Source: Nitrospirota bacterium
GTDB lineage: Bacteria; Nitrospirota; Nitrospiria; Nitrospirales; Nitrospiraceae
Direction of reading: 5' to 3'
DNA: 28,651 nt
Assembly (NCBI GenBank): GCA_016235225.1
Contig: JACRLS010000128.1
Span: forward strand, 1 to 28,651
Shown here piece after piece: positions 27,559 through 28,651 of the stretch (the first letter of the stretch is position 1; the number at the start of each line of letters is the position of its first letter). The translations under genes were made by a program, and so were the position numbers. The notes under the pieces were generated by a model. It saw nothing but the letters and a program-made list of their open reading frames with translations. It was not told where the DNA came from and made no database searches.

Positions 27559-27918
27559 ATGCTCGTGACTGCGCCAGGATCCAAACTTCGTATCCTGAAC
27601 GAGCCCCTCTATCAGTTGCTCCGCGACGGTAAGGTCGCTGAGTTCAACGCGCGGAAGCCCGCCGGGGCGAAGTTGGATTTCACGAACGCGGATTTCCGGA
27701 ATCTTGAACTGCGTGGACTTGACGCGCGGGGGATTGATTTCAGTGGATCCTACTTCCGGCAGGCCGATCTTCGTGGCGTGGATTTCCGAGACAGCCGGCT
27801 GGAGGGCGCCAGCCTGAACGGCGCCAAAGTCTCCGGGGCCTACTTTCCCTCCGAACTCTCACCCGAAGAAATCTCGCTCTCGCTGCAACAAGGTACCCGC
27901 ATGCGGTATCGGCGGTAG
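27559..27918 (+). CDS. Pentapeptide repeat protein
   Basis: ADFRN/LELRG/LDARG/IDFSG/SYFRQ/ADLRG/VDFRD/SRLEG/ASLNG/AKVSG repeats. Confidence 0.88.
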   Translation: MLVTAPGSKLRILNEPLYQLLRDGKVAEFNARKPAGAKLDFTNADFRNLELRGLDARGIDFSGSYFRQADLRGVDFRDSRLEGASLNGAKVSGAYFPSELSPEEISLSLQQGTRMRYRR

Positions 27919-28074
27919 CAGGCGGGTCGTTCTTTTGTTCCGCCTCGCAGATCGCCTCGCCTCTCTCGACCCTCGGCACCTCCGCCACGCCGTGGAAGGG
28001 CGCCCAGCCCTGAACTGCCAACACGGCGGGGCGTCCCATCCCAAAGGAGAGGCACCGCTCTATTGGCTTTCATT

Positions 28075-28103
28075 TTGATCTGCCACCTAAACCAGCCTAC
28101 AAT
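28075..28103 (+). promoter_or_regulatory. Sigma70-type promoter for the PLD-domain gene
   Basis: TTGATC-N17-TACAAT, 60 nt upstream of the ATG at 28164. Confidence 0.55.
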
Positions 28104-28163
28104 GGCGCGGCCGAAGAATTATCCTTCAGCGACAGCCGATTCGAACGAGCGAAACACCAAGCA

Positions 28164-28651
28164 ATGCCCAGAATCTTCGACAACATCGAGCAATCCCTCC
28201 TGCCGGCGCTTCGGCAGACGTTACAGCTCTCACAGCGTGCAGACTTCTGCGTCGGGTACTTCAATCTTCGTGGCTGGAAAGCAATTGATTCATTCATCGA
28301 AGCATGGCCGGGTAACGCTGATAACCAGTGCCGGCTGCTTGTCGGGATGCAGCGACTGCCGCAGGAGGAGTTACGTCAGATATACAGTCTCATGCGTCGG
28401 GAAGACACGATGGACCAAAATATGGCGGTCCGTCTCAAGCGCAAACTTGCGGAGGAGTTCCGTGACCAGTTGACGCTTGGCGCACCCACAGCCGAGGACG
28501 AAGCTGGTTTGAGGCGATTGGCTGCGCAACTCAAAGCCGGCAAGCTCGTCGTGAAGCTGTTTCTCAAGCACACTCTTCACGCGAAGCTGTACCTCTGCTT
28601 TCGTCGCGATTCCGATAACCCGCGCACGGCCTATCTCGGCAGCAGCAACCT
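28164..28651 (+). CDS. N-terminal PLD-like nuclease domain protein, probably PLD-SF2 helicase fusion (partial, runs off window)
   Basis: Manual translation: MPRIFDNIEQSLLPALRQTLQLSQRADFCVGYFNLRGW...LLVGMQ...HTLHAKLYLCFRRD...AYLGSSN (HxK...GSxN). Absent from the ORF track because it has no stop in the window. Confidence 0.85.
   Translation, partial: MPRIFDNIEQSLLPALRQTLQLSQRADFCVGYFNLRGWKAIDSFIEAWPGNADNQCRLLVGMQRLPQEELRQIYSLMRREDTMDQNMAVRLKRKLAEEFRDQLTLGAPTAEDEAGLRRLAAQLKAGKLVVKLFLKHTLHAKLYLCFRRDSDNPRTAYLGSSN

Noticed and set aside
27921-27946. Intrinsic terminator after the pentapeptide gene
   Set aside because: Stem present, but the loop is 14 nt and no U-tract follows; not called as a terminator.
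28063-28473. 136-aa plus-strand ORF from the track
   Set aside because: Wrong frame; the real gene is the overlapping frame starting at 28164.

Overview
GC-rich Gram-negative bacterial window; gene order and protein style resemble Nitrospirota (inference). Positions 1-20.6 kb on the minus strand are one long envelope/LPS run: bamA, two skp/ompH, fabZ, lpxA, lpxI, a gnnA-like oxidoreductase, lpxB, msbA, DUF374, waaA, lpxK, a waaF-gmhB fusion, a wbpB-wbpD-like fusion, waaC, a third GT9 and three GT2 genes. Transcribed divergently on the plus strand are galU, lon, thiL, DUF2062, an HD phosphohydrolase, a pentapeptide protein, and the 5' end of a lower-GC PLD-domain putative helicase/defence gene that the ORF track missed. 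The most striking unexplained structure is a set of inverted arrays of degenerate short tandem repeats (unit lengths 6, 7, 8, 8 and 9 nt). They fill almost every non-overlapping gene junction of the LPS region, nearly always with the G/T-rich arm first and the A/C-rich arm second. One is nested inside another, one encloses a 27-codon ORF, one supplies a start codon, and one sits in frame inside waaA. Three genes are broken: DUF374 at an A10 tract (candidate programmed slippage), bamA by two apparent internal deletions, and lon by an exact 17-bp tandem duplication. The bamA and lon lesions may be assembly artefacts.
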